A stretch of 43,828 nucleotides of DNA from Archangium sp. (lineage in GTDB: Bacteria > Myxococcota > Myxococcia > Myxococcales > Myxococcaceae): assembly GCA_031367385.1 (NCBI GenBank), contig JANLPS010000556.1, positions 1 to 43,828 on the forward strand. Direction: 5' to 3'. Below are positions 19,901 to 28,114 of the stretch, one piece after another. A program made the translations under genes and the position numbers. The number at the start of each line of letters is the position of its first letter. Within the stretch, counting starts at the first letter, position 1. The notes under the pieces are model-generated. The model was not told where the DNA came from. It saw only the letters and a list, made by a program, of their open reading frames with translations, and made no database searches.

Positions 19901-21277
19901 GCCTCGCGCATCGTTCGCTACACCCACTACGACCGTTCCACCAGCGCTGCGCTCCCTGCTTTGGACCAGGCCTTCGCCTACGACGCCGTCGGTCATCTCA
20001 CTGACGTGCAGGCCGGCGGCAGCACGTGGAAGTACGCGTACTCCGACCCGAATGGGAGCCGCACCTCGGTCACGCGAGACGGAGCGCTCAACACCTTCAC
20101 GGTATCGCCCACCACCAATCGACTGCTGAGCACGTCGTCGCAGACCTTCGAATACGACGGGGCCGGCAACACGACGGTGTTCGAGGGCCCCACCGCTGCC
20201 ACGTTCTCTCCATCGAACCGCTTGGTGGTGGTCGCGGGGCGTAAGGCTGCGGCGAACGGTTTCACCATCGTACCGGTCCGTGCTCCGGTGAGGTACGTCT
20301 TCGACGCGTTCGGCCGCAGAGTGAGAAAACTCGCTGGTCTGGGCGGCGTCATTTTCAACTACGACATGTCGAATCACCTGCTTGGTGAATACGACTCCAC
20401 CGGCAACGCCATTCGCGAATATGTGTGGCTGGGCAGCACGCCGGTCGCCGTGTTGGTGCCAACTCCGGCGGGGCTGCCAGATGTGTACTTCATTCACACC
20501 GACCACCTCGACGCCCCTCAAGCCGTACTCGATGAGAATCAGCGCGTGCGGTGGCTGTGGCTCACCGAGCCCTTCGGCACCACGGCCCCTCAAACGAACC
20601 CCGAAGGCCTCGGTGTATTCGAGCTCAATCTTCGCTTTCCCGGGCAATACGCCGACGCGGAGACTGGCTTGTTTTTCAACGGCTTTCGCGACTACGCGCC
20701 ATCTCTGGGCCGCTACATCGAGTCTGACCCTGTGGGCCTTGCCGCGGGTGTCAATACGTACAGCTACGTGCAGAGCGCACCGACGAACCAGGCTGACCCG
20801 CTTGGGTTGATGGGCGTTGCCTCAGGCGCCTACCGCTCGTCGAGTAGCCCTCGCGCGATCAAGCCGAACACCCTCGCGTGGTACTACGGTGCCGAAGCGC
20901 ATTTTATCGTCGGGGCGGGCGTGACCTCCGTCACGTGCACCGATGAATGCGGTCGTCACCAGACCTTTCGATATTCCAAGGCCTGTTTCGGTCTGGCCGC
21001 GGGTGCGAGTTTTGGAGGCGGCGCCGTCACCGGCATGAGCGGGAAAGCCTGCAATGCACAGAGCTACAAAGGCTGGTTCATCGAGTTTGGCGCATCGGCC
21101 GGCCCACTCTCCGGCGGCGTTGACTTCGGCTACAACGATGACGGCTTCTCGATTGGTCCCCTCAAGCTCCCGGGTACGCAATCAGGTGTGAACGAAGCCT
21201 CCTTCGGGCTCGGAGGATTTGGGCGAGCCGGCTTCGAAGCGAAAGCGTCGTACTGCTACTACTTCATCCTCCCCTGA
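16961..21277 (+). CDS. Rhs protein A: signal peptide, golvesin-like domains, two Ig-like repeats, C-terminal half of YD cage, Rhs core, C-terminal tip
   Basis: ATG 16961; LLVTALLAAAASASA signal; YD repeats (YDAAGNL, YDALSRL, YDANGRL); HTDHL, NLRFPGQY, GRYIESDPVGL, PTNQADPLGL. Confidence 0.92.
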   Translation: MRAHSTHHQRRIAPRRSRTPLFSSGFWSRLLVTALLAAAASASAGSTIVDNDAAYPAFWSSGPWSPSTQGSTFQGTNHLVATSPSTGAIDNTTASFSTTGTWVVDTALSGYYGSNYARGTTTGNSFHIPEIVVDNTTNGAGGGQLNFSGGGWSVATTPTGYYGRDFAYFQPNVSTSSKRAVYSFMLRMPGNSAGTFPMNVFAHWPADPANASNAVVRIYSGDYLVSRDPSFLVASYTLNQRVASGTWFSLGTLNLGTSRTYYVEFDASLANGRVIADAIRLTSADTTPATVAKWLLPSGSGLYDVYARNPANPSLAWQVAWTLVGGNGAEYPIDGDTNSQRVNSGVWKKLGSIDLTGTQSNYVQLELFGGGVQTGVADAVLAVPTGTFPIAKWQAPVVGDADLWASWSAATGRNPAVSYTVTSYPAGCSATTTLITVDQTKPPPSGGLYLGRFSSTPPCVPVSVTLTTGVLNGGVMSADAVTFTQPPVLAALTATPDAVAIASPLTTGSSVLEWASPVPALLTKKCGTAAETSVSTGLALSGRQTVSALPIGTCTFSLRAGGTAGMPIATAQVQVLSVGLTATPNPVILAPAALTGTTSITWAATAEVDIFADCGTGATTIVSGVGGGTQQFGSVPRGGSCDLVMRLNTFNPSIVGPQAPGPILATLTVTGAAAAVPLPAPPVNTAPVIDLEYDAEGNSTKVIEAKGVANFNLTTAATYDSLNRAKVVTDAKSAAMTWGYDGADRTTQLSDPKNLLTAYLRNGLGQISPQLSPDTGVNARTYDAAGNLLTRTDGRGVVTTYAYDALSRLTKVSFAAPTGSETMNFTYDETGPDFLNGIGQLTSATYASGSSRFSYDANGRLLSETQILVPVSRTYPITITSKTAYTYDGAGNVTSITYPSGTRVDFSLVGGLPSQLSVSKGAAGPRVVMSSITWQPLAGLKSWKTHYANGTPLQERVYDSSGRQVRYQLGNAIRDLSYDAASRIVRYTHYDRSTSAALPALDQAFAYDAVGHLTDVQAGGSTWKYAYSDPNGSRTSVTRDGALNTFTVSPTTNRLLSTSSQTFEYDGAGNTTVFEGPTAATFSPSNRLVVVAGRKAAANGFTIVPVRAPVRYVFDAFGRRVRKLAGLGGVIFNYDMSNHLLGEYDSTGNAIREYVWLGSTPVAVLVPTPAGLPDVYFIHTDHLDAPQAVLDENQRVRWLWLTEPFGTTAPQTNPEGLGVFELNLRFPGQYADAETGLFFNGFRDYAPSLGRYIESDPVGLAAGVNTYSYVQSAPTNQADPLGLMGVASGAYRSSSSPRAIKPNTLAWYYGAEAHFIVGAGVTSVTCTDECGRHQTFRYSKACFGLAAGASFGGGAVTGMSGKACNAQSYKGWFIEFGASAGPLSGGVDFGYNDDGFSIGPLKLPGTQSGVNEASFGLGGFGRAGFEAKASYCYYFILP

Positions 21278-21351
21278 GCTCCGCCGCCGTGGCCTCGCGC
21301 CCGCTGCCGTGGGCTCTTGCATCTTCATCTTCATTTTCAATGGATGGACCT

Positions 21352-23808
21352 ATGTCTCGTTTGCTCCTTTTGATTGCTGTTTCACTCTGCAGTGTGGCGC
21401 TGGCGGCCCCGGCTGACTGCGCGAGCGCGGCGCTCGATGGCACGACCGAATGCACGGCGCCTCTGGTCTCGAACTTCACCTACAGCTACTGCGACCCCAA
21501 CTTGATCACCGAGGGCCTGAACATCGACAGCAACTGCCTTGGGCCCGGGGTCGTCGAGACCGAGGGCCGAATTCTCGACGCAGCGAACTGCGTACGGGCC
21601 TCGAAGGCCAAGCCGCCTCCGCCGCCGCTGACGAGCCTGCCGTGGCAGCCGCAAGGCTCGACGCTCGATGTCTCGTGGTCGTGCGGAGTTCTCAAGAGTG
21701 AGTGGAAGTATGGGCAGGAAATGACCGGCTGGGCGATTATCGGCGGCCACCCTTTCTCGGGGCCCAACTTCTGGGCCCTTCGCCGGAAGACGGCGGTGTG
21801 CCCGCGCGGGTATTTAGCCCATGCCTACGACGCCAATAGTTGGCCAGACTACTGCACCCGCAAGCTGAAGATGGCCTGTGAGACGGTGGGCAACCCGATT
21901 GGTATTGCGAATGGTGAAAAGCAAATCGTGCCCGAGACCGACTACCAGGGCGTCGCCGACTCGCCACTTCGGTTCGAGCGCTTCTATTCGAGCCAAGCCT
22001 GGTATCGGCCCATGAACCAGCCCGCCGTCGTCGAGCGCGGCTTTGGGAGTTTCTGGCGACACACCTATGACCGAAGAATCTATGAAGAAAACTCAGTTGC
22101 CTTGCTGGCTTCGGCGGTGCGGGCCGATGGCCTGGTGAAGCACTTTAGACGCGACGGTACCGAGGTGCTCCGACAGACCAACAGCGACGACCGCCTCGTT
22201 CAGGTGCCGGCAGGGTGGCAACTGCGCACGTCTGACCAGATCGAAAACTACGACCATGAAGGTCGGCTCACTTCGATCGAGCACATCTCTGGCGCGCGCG
22301 AAACCCTCACCTACAGCGATGCCACGACGCCCAAGCCCGTCGCTTCTCGTTCGGGTCTGCTCATTTCAGTCACAGACCACTCGGGTCGTTCATTGAAGTT
22401 TGCGTACGACACGGTCGACCGGTTGAGCACGATGACCGACCCCGACGGTCGCACCTCCGTGTACACCTTCGACACCAACGAGATGCTGACCCGGGTAACG
22501 TACCCAGACGGCGCGTCTCGGTCTTTCGGGTACAACGACAACCCGAGCTCCTTGAACGGCGGTGACACAGGTCTGACGAGCATCTTCGATGAGGCTGGGG
22601 CCCGCTACGCCACCTACGGCTATCGCGATGATTACAATAGCGCCTTCGACGTGACCGAACACGCGGGGGGCGTCGAGAAATACCGACTCTCTGTAGATGG
22701 CAACTCCGTGATCATTTACGACCCGCTCGACAACTCCCGTCTGGTGACGCTGTCGAAGGTCGGCGGGGTGCCGCACGTGGTGAATCAGTCGCAGCCGGCC
22801 GGGAGTGGGTGTCTGGCGAGTAACCGGGCCATGACCTACGACCCCGTGACGAGCGACCTGGTCAGCTCCGACGACTTCAACAAGCATCGAACCTGCTTTG
22901 CCTACGACGCCCGCAAGCGCGAAGTCACCCGCGTCGAGGGCCTCGCGACCACGGTCAGCTGCGCGAGCGTGCTCCCCACCGGTGCGGCGCTCCCCGCCGG
23001 TGCCCGCAAGACCACCACCACCTGGCTCGGTGAGTGGGCGCGTTCGAGCCAAACCAGTGGCCCCGGGAGGCGCATCACCTCTGTCTACAACGGGCAGCCC
23101 GACCCGACGAATGGCAACGCCGTGGCCGTTTGTGCGTCTGGCGGCACGCTCGCTGACGGCACACCGTTGGTCGTTCTCTGTAAGCAGATTGAGGAGGCAA
23201 CCACCGACTCCAACGGCTCGCTCGGGGTGCTTGCGCCGACCGACCCGGCAGTCGCTCCTCGCGTCTGGAGCTGGACCTACGATGCCAGCGGTCGCGTTCT
23301 CACCAACATCGGGCCCCGAACAGACATCGTCGACCTGACACGCTTCGAGTACTACGAATCGACCACGACCGATTTTCGGGCCGGCGACCTCTTTCGGGTG
23401 ACGAACGCGGCCAACCATGTCACCACCTTCACCCGCTACTCGCCGTCGGGGCGTCTGCTCGAATCCACCGACGCCAACGGCGTTCGCACGACGCGCGCGT
23501 GGGACGCGAGAAATCGGCTCTCTTGGCTCGGCACGGGCGACTCGAATACACGCCACGACTACTGGCCAACGGGCCTGCTCAAGAAGACCACCCTCGGCAA
23601 CGGCGAGTTTCGATTCTACGAATACGACGCCGCGCACCGGCCCTTGAGGGTCACCGACAGCTTGGGCACTACCACCACCTTCACGCTCGACAACCTCGGC
23701 AATCGCAAAGGCGAAACAGTGACCAACGCGAATGGCAGCTCGGTACAAACGGTGAGTCGGAGCATCGACGCCCTCGGCCGGGTTCAGCAAACCACCGGCA
23801 TTCGCTGA
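21352..23808 (+). CDS. Rhs protein B: signal peptide, Cys-rich domain, DUF6531-like domain, YD repeats, no Rhs core
   Basis: MSRLLLLIAVSLCSVALA; VGNPIGIANGEK..ETDY..LRFERFYSS..FGSFWRHTYD; many YD repeats; ends SIDALGRVQQTTGIR without DPxG. Confidence 0.88.
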   Translation: MSRLLLLIAVSLCSVALAAPADCASAALDGTTECTAPLVSNFTYSYCDPNLITEGLNIDSNCLGPGVVETEGRILDAANCVRASKAKPPPPPLTSLPWQPQGSTLDVSWSCGVLKSEWKYGQEMTGWAIIGGHPFSGPNFWALRRKTAVCPRGYLAHAYDANSWPDYCTRKLKMACETVGNPIGIANGEKQIVPETDYQGVADSPLRFERFYSSQAWYRPMNQPAVVERGFGSFWRHTYDRRIYEENSVALLASAVRADGLVKHFRRDGTEVLRQTNSDDRLVQVPAGWQLRTSDQIENYDHEGRLTSIEHISGARETLTYSDATTPKPVASRSGLLISVTDHSGRSLKFAYDTVDRLSTMTDPDGRTSVYTFDTNEMLTRVTYPDGASRSFGYNDNPSSLNGGDTGLTSIFDEAGARYATYGYRDDYNSAFDVTEHAGGVEKYRLSVDGNSVIIYDPLDNSRLVTLSKVGGVPHVVNQSQPAGSGCLASNRAMTYDPVTSDLVSSDDFNKHRTCFAYDARKREVTRVEGLATTVSCASVLPTGAALPAGARKTTTTWLGEWARSSQTSGPGRRITSVYNGQPDPTNGNAVAVCASGGTLADGTPLVVLCKQIEEATTDSNGSLGVLAPTDPAVAPRVWSWTYDASGRVLTNIGPRTDIVDLTRFEYYESTTTDFRAGDLFRVTNAANHVTTFTRYSPSGRLLESTDANGVRTTRAWDARNRLSWLGTGDSNTRHDYWPTGLLKKTTLGNGEFRFYEYDAAHRPLRVTDSLGTTTTFTLDNLGNRKGETVTNANGSSVQTVSRSIDALGRVQQTTGIR

Positions 23809-23840
23809 CCCTCGTCGTTCGCGCTCGAGGTGCCACAGCC

Positions 23841-25712
23841 TTAGAGGCAGCAGCGAAAGCCGAGATGATCAGCCCCGCCACGGCCGATGATCAACGCCTC
23901 GCGGGTCTCGCACGACGACTGCTTCGCCGGCTGCTTGAACGAACCGCCTCGAATGATTCGCTGGGTGGGCTTGTCCGTGACGGCCGTCGAGGTCCACTCC
24001 GCGAGGTTACCGGCAAGGTCGAAGACCCCTTCTTCGCTCACGCAGTTGAGCAAGCTGCCCGACGCCAGCCGCGCGGGTTTCTTGGGCCGCAGCTCTTTGG
24101 TGTTGCAGCGCTGCGCTCTGAGCTCGGCGCCGTAGGCGAACTTTCGATGCGAGGCGCCCTGACACGCCGCCACCCACTCTTCGTCGCTGCACAGGTGCTT
24201 GCTCTGCTCATTGCACAACGTGTTCGCTTGGGCCCAATCGACCTTGCTCGCCGGCAGCACTTTGGCGCGATTGGGGTACTCGTAGGCGTCGATGAAGACC
24301 TTGCCCATTCGAACCATGCCGTGCTCGCGCGCGAATTGAATTCGGTGGGCGTCGGTGACCCAGGCGGCGGCCTCGGCGCTCTTGGGCTCGAGGCGCTCGA
24401 GCGCAGCAGCACACTCGAGCGCGCGCTCGGGTTCTTCAGCCAACAGGGCGCCCCGGCCGGTGAAGACCAACGACGCGGCCACGCTCGCGTGCAGCGCGGG
24501 CCACTCCCCGCGACCGGGAAACGCGTGCTGCGCGCTCAGCAACCGATCGAGGGCGCCCTCGCCGGGTTGGGTCACCAGCCCTGCGTCGAGCTGGGCTTGA
24601 ATGCCGGCGGCCTCGATGCTCACCGCGACCAACAACGCGTCGGTGGGCCCGCTCTGGGTCTCGGGCGAGGCTTTCGTCACGCCTCGAGCCGCCAGCGCCG
24701 CCGCGATGCCGAGGGCCACCACCAGCGCGCCTCCCACCAGCCAGGGCCACCGTCGACGTGGTGGTGACTTCGCCGAGACGGCCTCGGGCGTGAGTGGCCC
24801 CGCCGCACGTTGCAGCGCTTCGGTCACCGCCAGCGCCGAGCCAGGCCGGTCTTTTGGTGCGGCCTGCATCAGCTCGACCACCAGCGCGCTCACCGCCTCG
24901 GGCACCTCGGGTCGCTCGAAGCGCAGGTTGGGCCGCTCGGAGAACCGGTTCTCTTTTGGCACCCGCGTCGCGCTGTCGAAAGCGAAGGGCACGTGCCCGG
25001 TCAACATCTCGAACAGCAAGCAACCGAAGGCATACAGGTCAGCCTCGGGCCCCGCCCCCAGCCCGGCTGCCTGCTCGGGCGCGACGTAGTCAGCCGTGCC
25101 CTGGGCAAGCCAGAGATCTGCGGTCTCTTTGGTGGCGATGCCGAAGTCGAGCAGCTTGGCAAATTCGGCGCCCTGGGTCGGCTGCACGATGAAGACGTTG
25201 CTGGCCTTCAAGTCGCGGTGAACGAAGCCAGCGCGGTGCGCGGCCTCGAGCGTCGCGAGCAACGAGGTCGAAATCTCAACCGTCTCGGCCAGGCTGAGCA
25301 CGCCCTTGCGATGAATGCGAACGTCGAGCGCCTCGCCGACCAGGAGCTCCATCACCAGGTATTCGCGGCCGTCGGGCAGGCAACCCACCGCGGAGATCTG
25401 CACGATGCCGCGCTCACCGACGGCGTTGACCGCCTTGGCTTCTTGCAGCGCGAGGGCCGCCCGGCGATCGCTCGAGGCGGGGTGAATGATCTTGAAGGCC
25501 ACCCGCTGTTCGCTGCTGACTTCGAGGGCTTCGTAGACCGCGCCCATGCCGCCGACGCCGAGGCGCCGAATGATTCGGTACCCGTCGATGACGGTGTTGA
25601 CCAACGGGTCGAAAGACGGGCTGATCAGCTCGGTGCCGTCATTGGGGCAGAGAATGGCCCTCGGGTCGGGGAGGGTGCCACAGACCGGGCAGGCCCCGAG
25701 GGTCATCGTCAT
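23841..25712 (-). CDS. Ser/Thr protein kinase with TM helix and C-terminal FGE-sulfatase-like domain
   Basis: CPVC..CPND N-terminus; LGVGGMGAVY, HRDLKASN, DFG, APE; TM; IDAYEYPN, DLAGNLAEW, RGGSF, GFRCC. Confidence 0.9.
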   Translation of the reverse strand: MTMTLGACPVCGTLPDPRAILCPNDGTELISPSFDPLVNTVIDGYRIIRRLGVGGMGAVYEALEVSSEQRVAFKIIHPASSDRRAALALQEAKAVNAVGERGIVQISAVGCLPDGREYLVMELLVGEALDVRIHRKGVLSLAETVEISTSLLATLEAAHRAGFVHRDLKASNVFIVQPTQGAEFAKLLDFGIATKETADLWLAQGTADYVAPEQAAGLGAGPEADLYAFGCLLFEMLTGHVPFAFDSATRVPKENRFSERPNLRFERPEVPEAVSALVVELMQAAPKDRPGSALAVTEALQRAAGPLTPEAVSAKSPPRRRWPWLVGGALVVALGIAAALAARGVTKASPETQSGPTDALLVAVSIEAAGIQAQLDAGLVTQPGEGALDRLLSAQHAFPGRGEWPALHASVAASLVFTGRGALLAEEPERALECAAALERLEPKSAEAAAWVTDAHRIQFAREHGMVRMGKVFIDAYEYPNRAKVLPASKVDWAQANTLCNEQSKHLCSDEEWVAACQGASHRKFAYGAELRAQRCNTKELRPKKPARLASGSLLNCVSEEGVFDLAGNLAEWTSTAVTDKPTQRIIRGGSFKQPAKQSSCETREALIIGRGGADHLGFRCCL

Positions 25713-25867
25713 GCGTCGGCCCACCGCGCAGCAGCCGTGGCCGCAGGGCGAGGCTCGGGCGGGAGCCCCGTCGCCATCACCGCCTCCACCGCAGCATGCA
25801 CGCGCATCAACGCTGCATCTGAGCATCGGCGGGGCGAAAGGCCAGCGTCATCTGGCGAAAGACGCGC

Positions 25868-26230
25868 TCAGATGGTCACGACCGACCGGCCAAAGGCGAC
25901 CCGCACCGCACCGGTTGAGGCCACCAACACCGAGATCATCAAGAAAACGAGCGAGAAGGCGATGTTGCTGAAGGCCTGACCACTGCATGCCACCATCAGC
26001 TCGGCGCGATCGGGGGTCGGCGCATTGACGCTGGCCTTGAGCAGGCCGGTCAGGCCCATGGCCACACCCAGCAAGCCTGAGATGGTGGTGAGCGCGCCCG
26101 CCGCGAGCAGCAGCGGTGTGAAGCGCACCTCGGGCTTGAAGGCGATGAGCAGCGCGGCCAGTACGGTGAGCGAACCGAACGAGGCCGTCGGGTACATCGT
26201 CAAACCGCCGTCAGCGAACAGATCGAACAT
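25868..26230 (-). CDS. Small three-TM membrane protein, MotA/TolQ/ExbB-like
   Basis: FADGGLTMYP start, GLLGVAMGL helix, third hydrophobic helix. Confidence 0.6.
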   Translation of the reverse strand: MFDLFADGGLTMYPTASFGSLTVLAALLIAFKPEVRFTPLLLAAGALTTISGLLGVAMGLTGLLKASVNAPTPDRAELMVACSGQAFSNIAFSLVFLMISVLVASTGAVRVAFGRSVVTI

Positions 26231-26319
26231 GGTGAAAGACTCCTGTTATCGAGTGAGCTCCCCTCGACAGCGAAGCGCACACCCGGTTCCCCCGTGTTTT
26301 GCGATACACCTGTGGGCCC

Positions 26320-26739
26320 ATGCCCATTCGCGTGCTGGTGATGCTCGGCTTCACGGTCTTCGCCGCCTGCACCAAACCCAAGGCCGTGTGGTCGCCGCAA
26401 CCACCCGTGACGCGCGCCGATGGGCTGGTCACTCAGGTGTTGGCGGCGGGCTCGGGCGACGAGGCCAAGCGCGGCGACAAGATCACCGTGCACTTCGTCG
26501 GCACCTTGAGCGACGGAGGCGTCTTCGACAGCTCCCGCGCCCGAAACGCCCCCTTCTCGTTCTGGGTGGGAGAGCGCCAGGTCATCGAAGGCCTCGACGA
26601 TGGGTTGCTCGGCATGCGCGAGGGCGAGACGCGGCGAATCACCGTGCCACCTGAGCTCGGCTACGGCAGTGACGAGAAGCCGGGCATCCCCCCTGGGTCG
26701 ACGCTGCGCTTTGAGGTCGAGCTGCTCGACGTGCGCTGA
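26320..26739 (+). CDS. FKBP-type peptidyl-prolyl isomerase, lipoprotein
   Basis: VHFVGTLSDGGVFDSS, VIEGLDDGL, PPELGYG, IPPGSTLRFEVELL; FAAC lipobox. Confidence 0.95.
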   Translation: MPIRVLVMLGFTVFAACTKPKAVWSPQPPVTRADGLVTQVLAAGSGDEAKRGDKITVHFVGTLSDGGVFDSSRARNAPFSFWVGERQVIEGLDDGLLGMREGETRRITVPPELGYGSDEKPGIPPGSTLRFEVELLDVR

Positions 26740-26849
26740 GCGCTTAGTTTGATGACCCGACCCCCGGCTCGTGCTCTCTTGCGGCGCGCGATTGTGTCTT
26801 CGTCGCGAAGCCGCACTCTTACAAACCAACACAAAGGGGCCGTACTTTG

Positions 26850-27515
26850 ATGAAACGCAATCTTCTTGCCGTGTGTGCCGTCGTCGCTCTCGCTGGCTGT
26901 GGTCACTTCTTCATCGTCAAAGACCGATACGACGCAGTGAAGAAGGTCGCGCTGGTGCAGTACGCGATCAACCCGCACTTGCTGATGGGCACTCCCAACG
27001 CCGACGAAGCCAAGTGGGACACCGCCGAGAGCAACATCGCCATCTTCGCCAAAGACCTGGGCAGCGGCTGGCAGGTGATGCCGAAGGCCGAGATGATCGC
27101 CAACCCCGCCTACACCGCGGCGGGCAAAGAGACGGTCGACGGCTGGTACACCGCCAAGGGCATGCGCTTCTTCAGCGAAGAGCGAAAAGAGCTCACCATG
27201 GCGACGCTGACCCCTGATCAGGCCAAGTCACTCGCGGCCGGCCTCGGCGTCGACGCGGTCGCGGTGGTCTCAGACAGCTGGAGCATCGACAGCTCGTTCT
27301 TCAGCGGCCACACCGTCAACGACTACTACATCAGCATGTACGCGGCAGACGGCACGCTCATCTACACCGACGCGGCGTACCGGGCGCGCTCTGAAGAAGG
27401 CTTCGCGGTGCCTCCGGGCGGCGCGGTCGCGACCGACGTGCCGAAGTGGGTGCTCAACAACAACCAGAGCTTCACCGCCGCGGTTGGGCAGCTCAAAGCC
27501 CACCTCGCGAAGTAA
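26850..27515 (+). CDS. Hypothetical lipoprotein
   Basis: MKRNLLAVCAVVALAGC lipobox; AGGGG RBS-like sequence upstream; strongly GC3-biased codons. Confidence 0.8.
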   Translation: MKRNLLAVCAVVALAGCGHFFIVKDRYDAVKKVALVQYAINPHLLMGTPNADEAKWDTAESNIAIFAKDLGSGWQVMPKAEMIANPAYTAAGKETVDGWYTAKGMRFFSEERKELTMATLTPDQAKSLAAGLGVDAVAVVSDSWSIDSSFFSGHTVNDYYISMYAADGTLIYTDAAYRARSEEGFAVPPGGAVATDVPKWVLNNNQSFTAAVGQLKAHLAK

Positions 27516-27536
27516 TTCGTTGGTCTGAAACTCAAG

Positions 27537-27568
27537 GCGCCTGTCAGCTCAACCGAGTTGGCAGGCGC
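27537..27568. terminator. Hairpin between convergent genes (probable terminator)
   Basis: GCGCCTGTCAGCTC-AACC-GAGTTGGCAGGCGC, 14-bp stem with two G:U pairs; no U-tract. Confidence 0.55.
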
Positions 27569-28066
27569 TCATCGTTTCGAGGGCTCTTCGAAACCGCCCT
27601 GCACCCATGCGTTCGCGACATCGCGGGTGAACTTGAACCCCGGCGTCACCTGGTGTTTGGCGACCACCGTGCCGGTGTCGTCAGTGGCTGAGAGAATCGC
27701 GTGCGGCTCGTATTCGTCGGCGATGAGCTCGAGCACCACCTCGAACCAGCGCCCGCCCCAGGCAATCGACAGCCTCTTCTTCATCTTCGCGTCGTGCTGC
27801 CGCGCCGAGCGGTCGAGCACCTCTGATGCGGTCTTCACGAACGTCGCGAACGCCGGTGCATCGAAGGGCTTCGGGTTCTTCTTGTCGCGCCCCATCACCC
27901 ACGGGCTGATCAACGCGGGCTCGGTGAGGCCAATCTTGTGAATCTCGACCGCCCAGCCATCGTCGTCTTCATTCTTGATGACCCGCGCCGTCCACCCGTT
28001 TTTGCGCCAGTAGGTCGGCTCCATGATGTCGGGCAGGGCAGCAGGGGTGGTCGGCTCGTCGCTCAT
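27569..28066 (-). CDS. Hypothetical protein
   Basis: Globular-looking ORF (WTARVIKNEDDDGWAV, PWVMGRDKKNPKP). ATG 28066 or GTG 28093. Confidence 0.75.
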   Translation of the reverse strand: MSDEPTTPAALPDIMEPTYWRKNGWTARVIKNEDDDGWAVEIHKIGLTEPALISPWVMGRDKKNPKPFDAPAFATFVKTASEVLDRSARQHDAKMKKRLSIAWGGRWFEVVLELIADEYEPHAILSATDDTGTVVAKHQVTPGFKFTRDVANAWVQGGFEEPSKR

Positions 28067-28114
28067 GCGTTCAGCCTCTACTTCGATTTTCACGAGCGCA
28101 GTACCCCAAGTCGT

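Noticed and set aside
21277..21352. Rhs pseudogene/frameshift joining A and B, or a hidden immunity gene
   Set aside because: Halves are in reverse order, each with its own start and signal peptide; the 74-nt gap is too short for an immunity gene.
23841..24330. Diversity-generating retroelement target (FGE/CLec fold)
   Set aside because: No reverse transcriptase or template repeat in the window.
9272..25979. Long antisense/alternate-frame ORFs (e.g. 9272-10294, 22390-23790, 23499-24767, 24810-25979) and 5' extensions of real ORFs
   Set aside because: Arg/Gly/Ala-rich shadow frames typical of high-GC DNA, overlapping well-supported genes.
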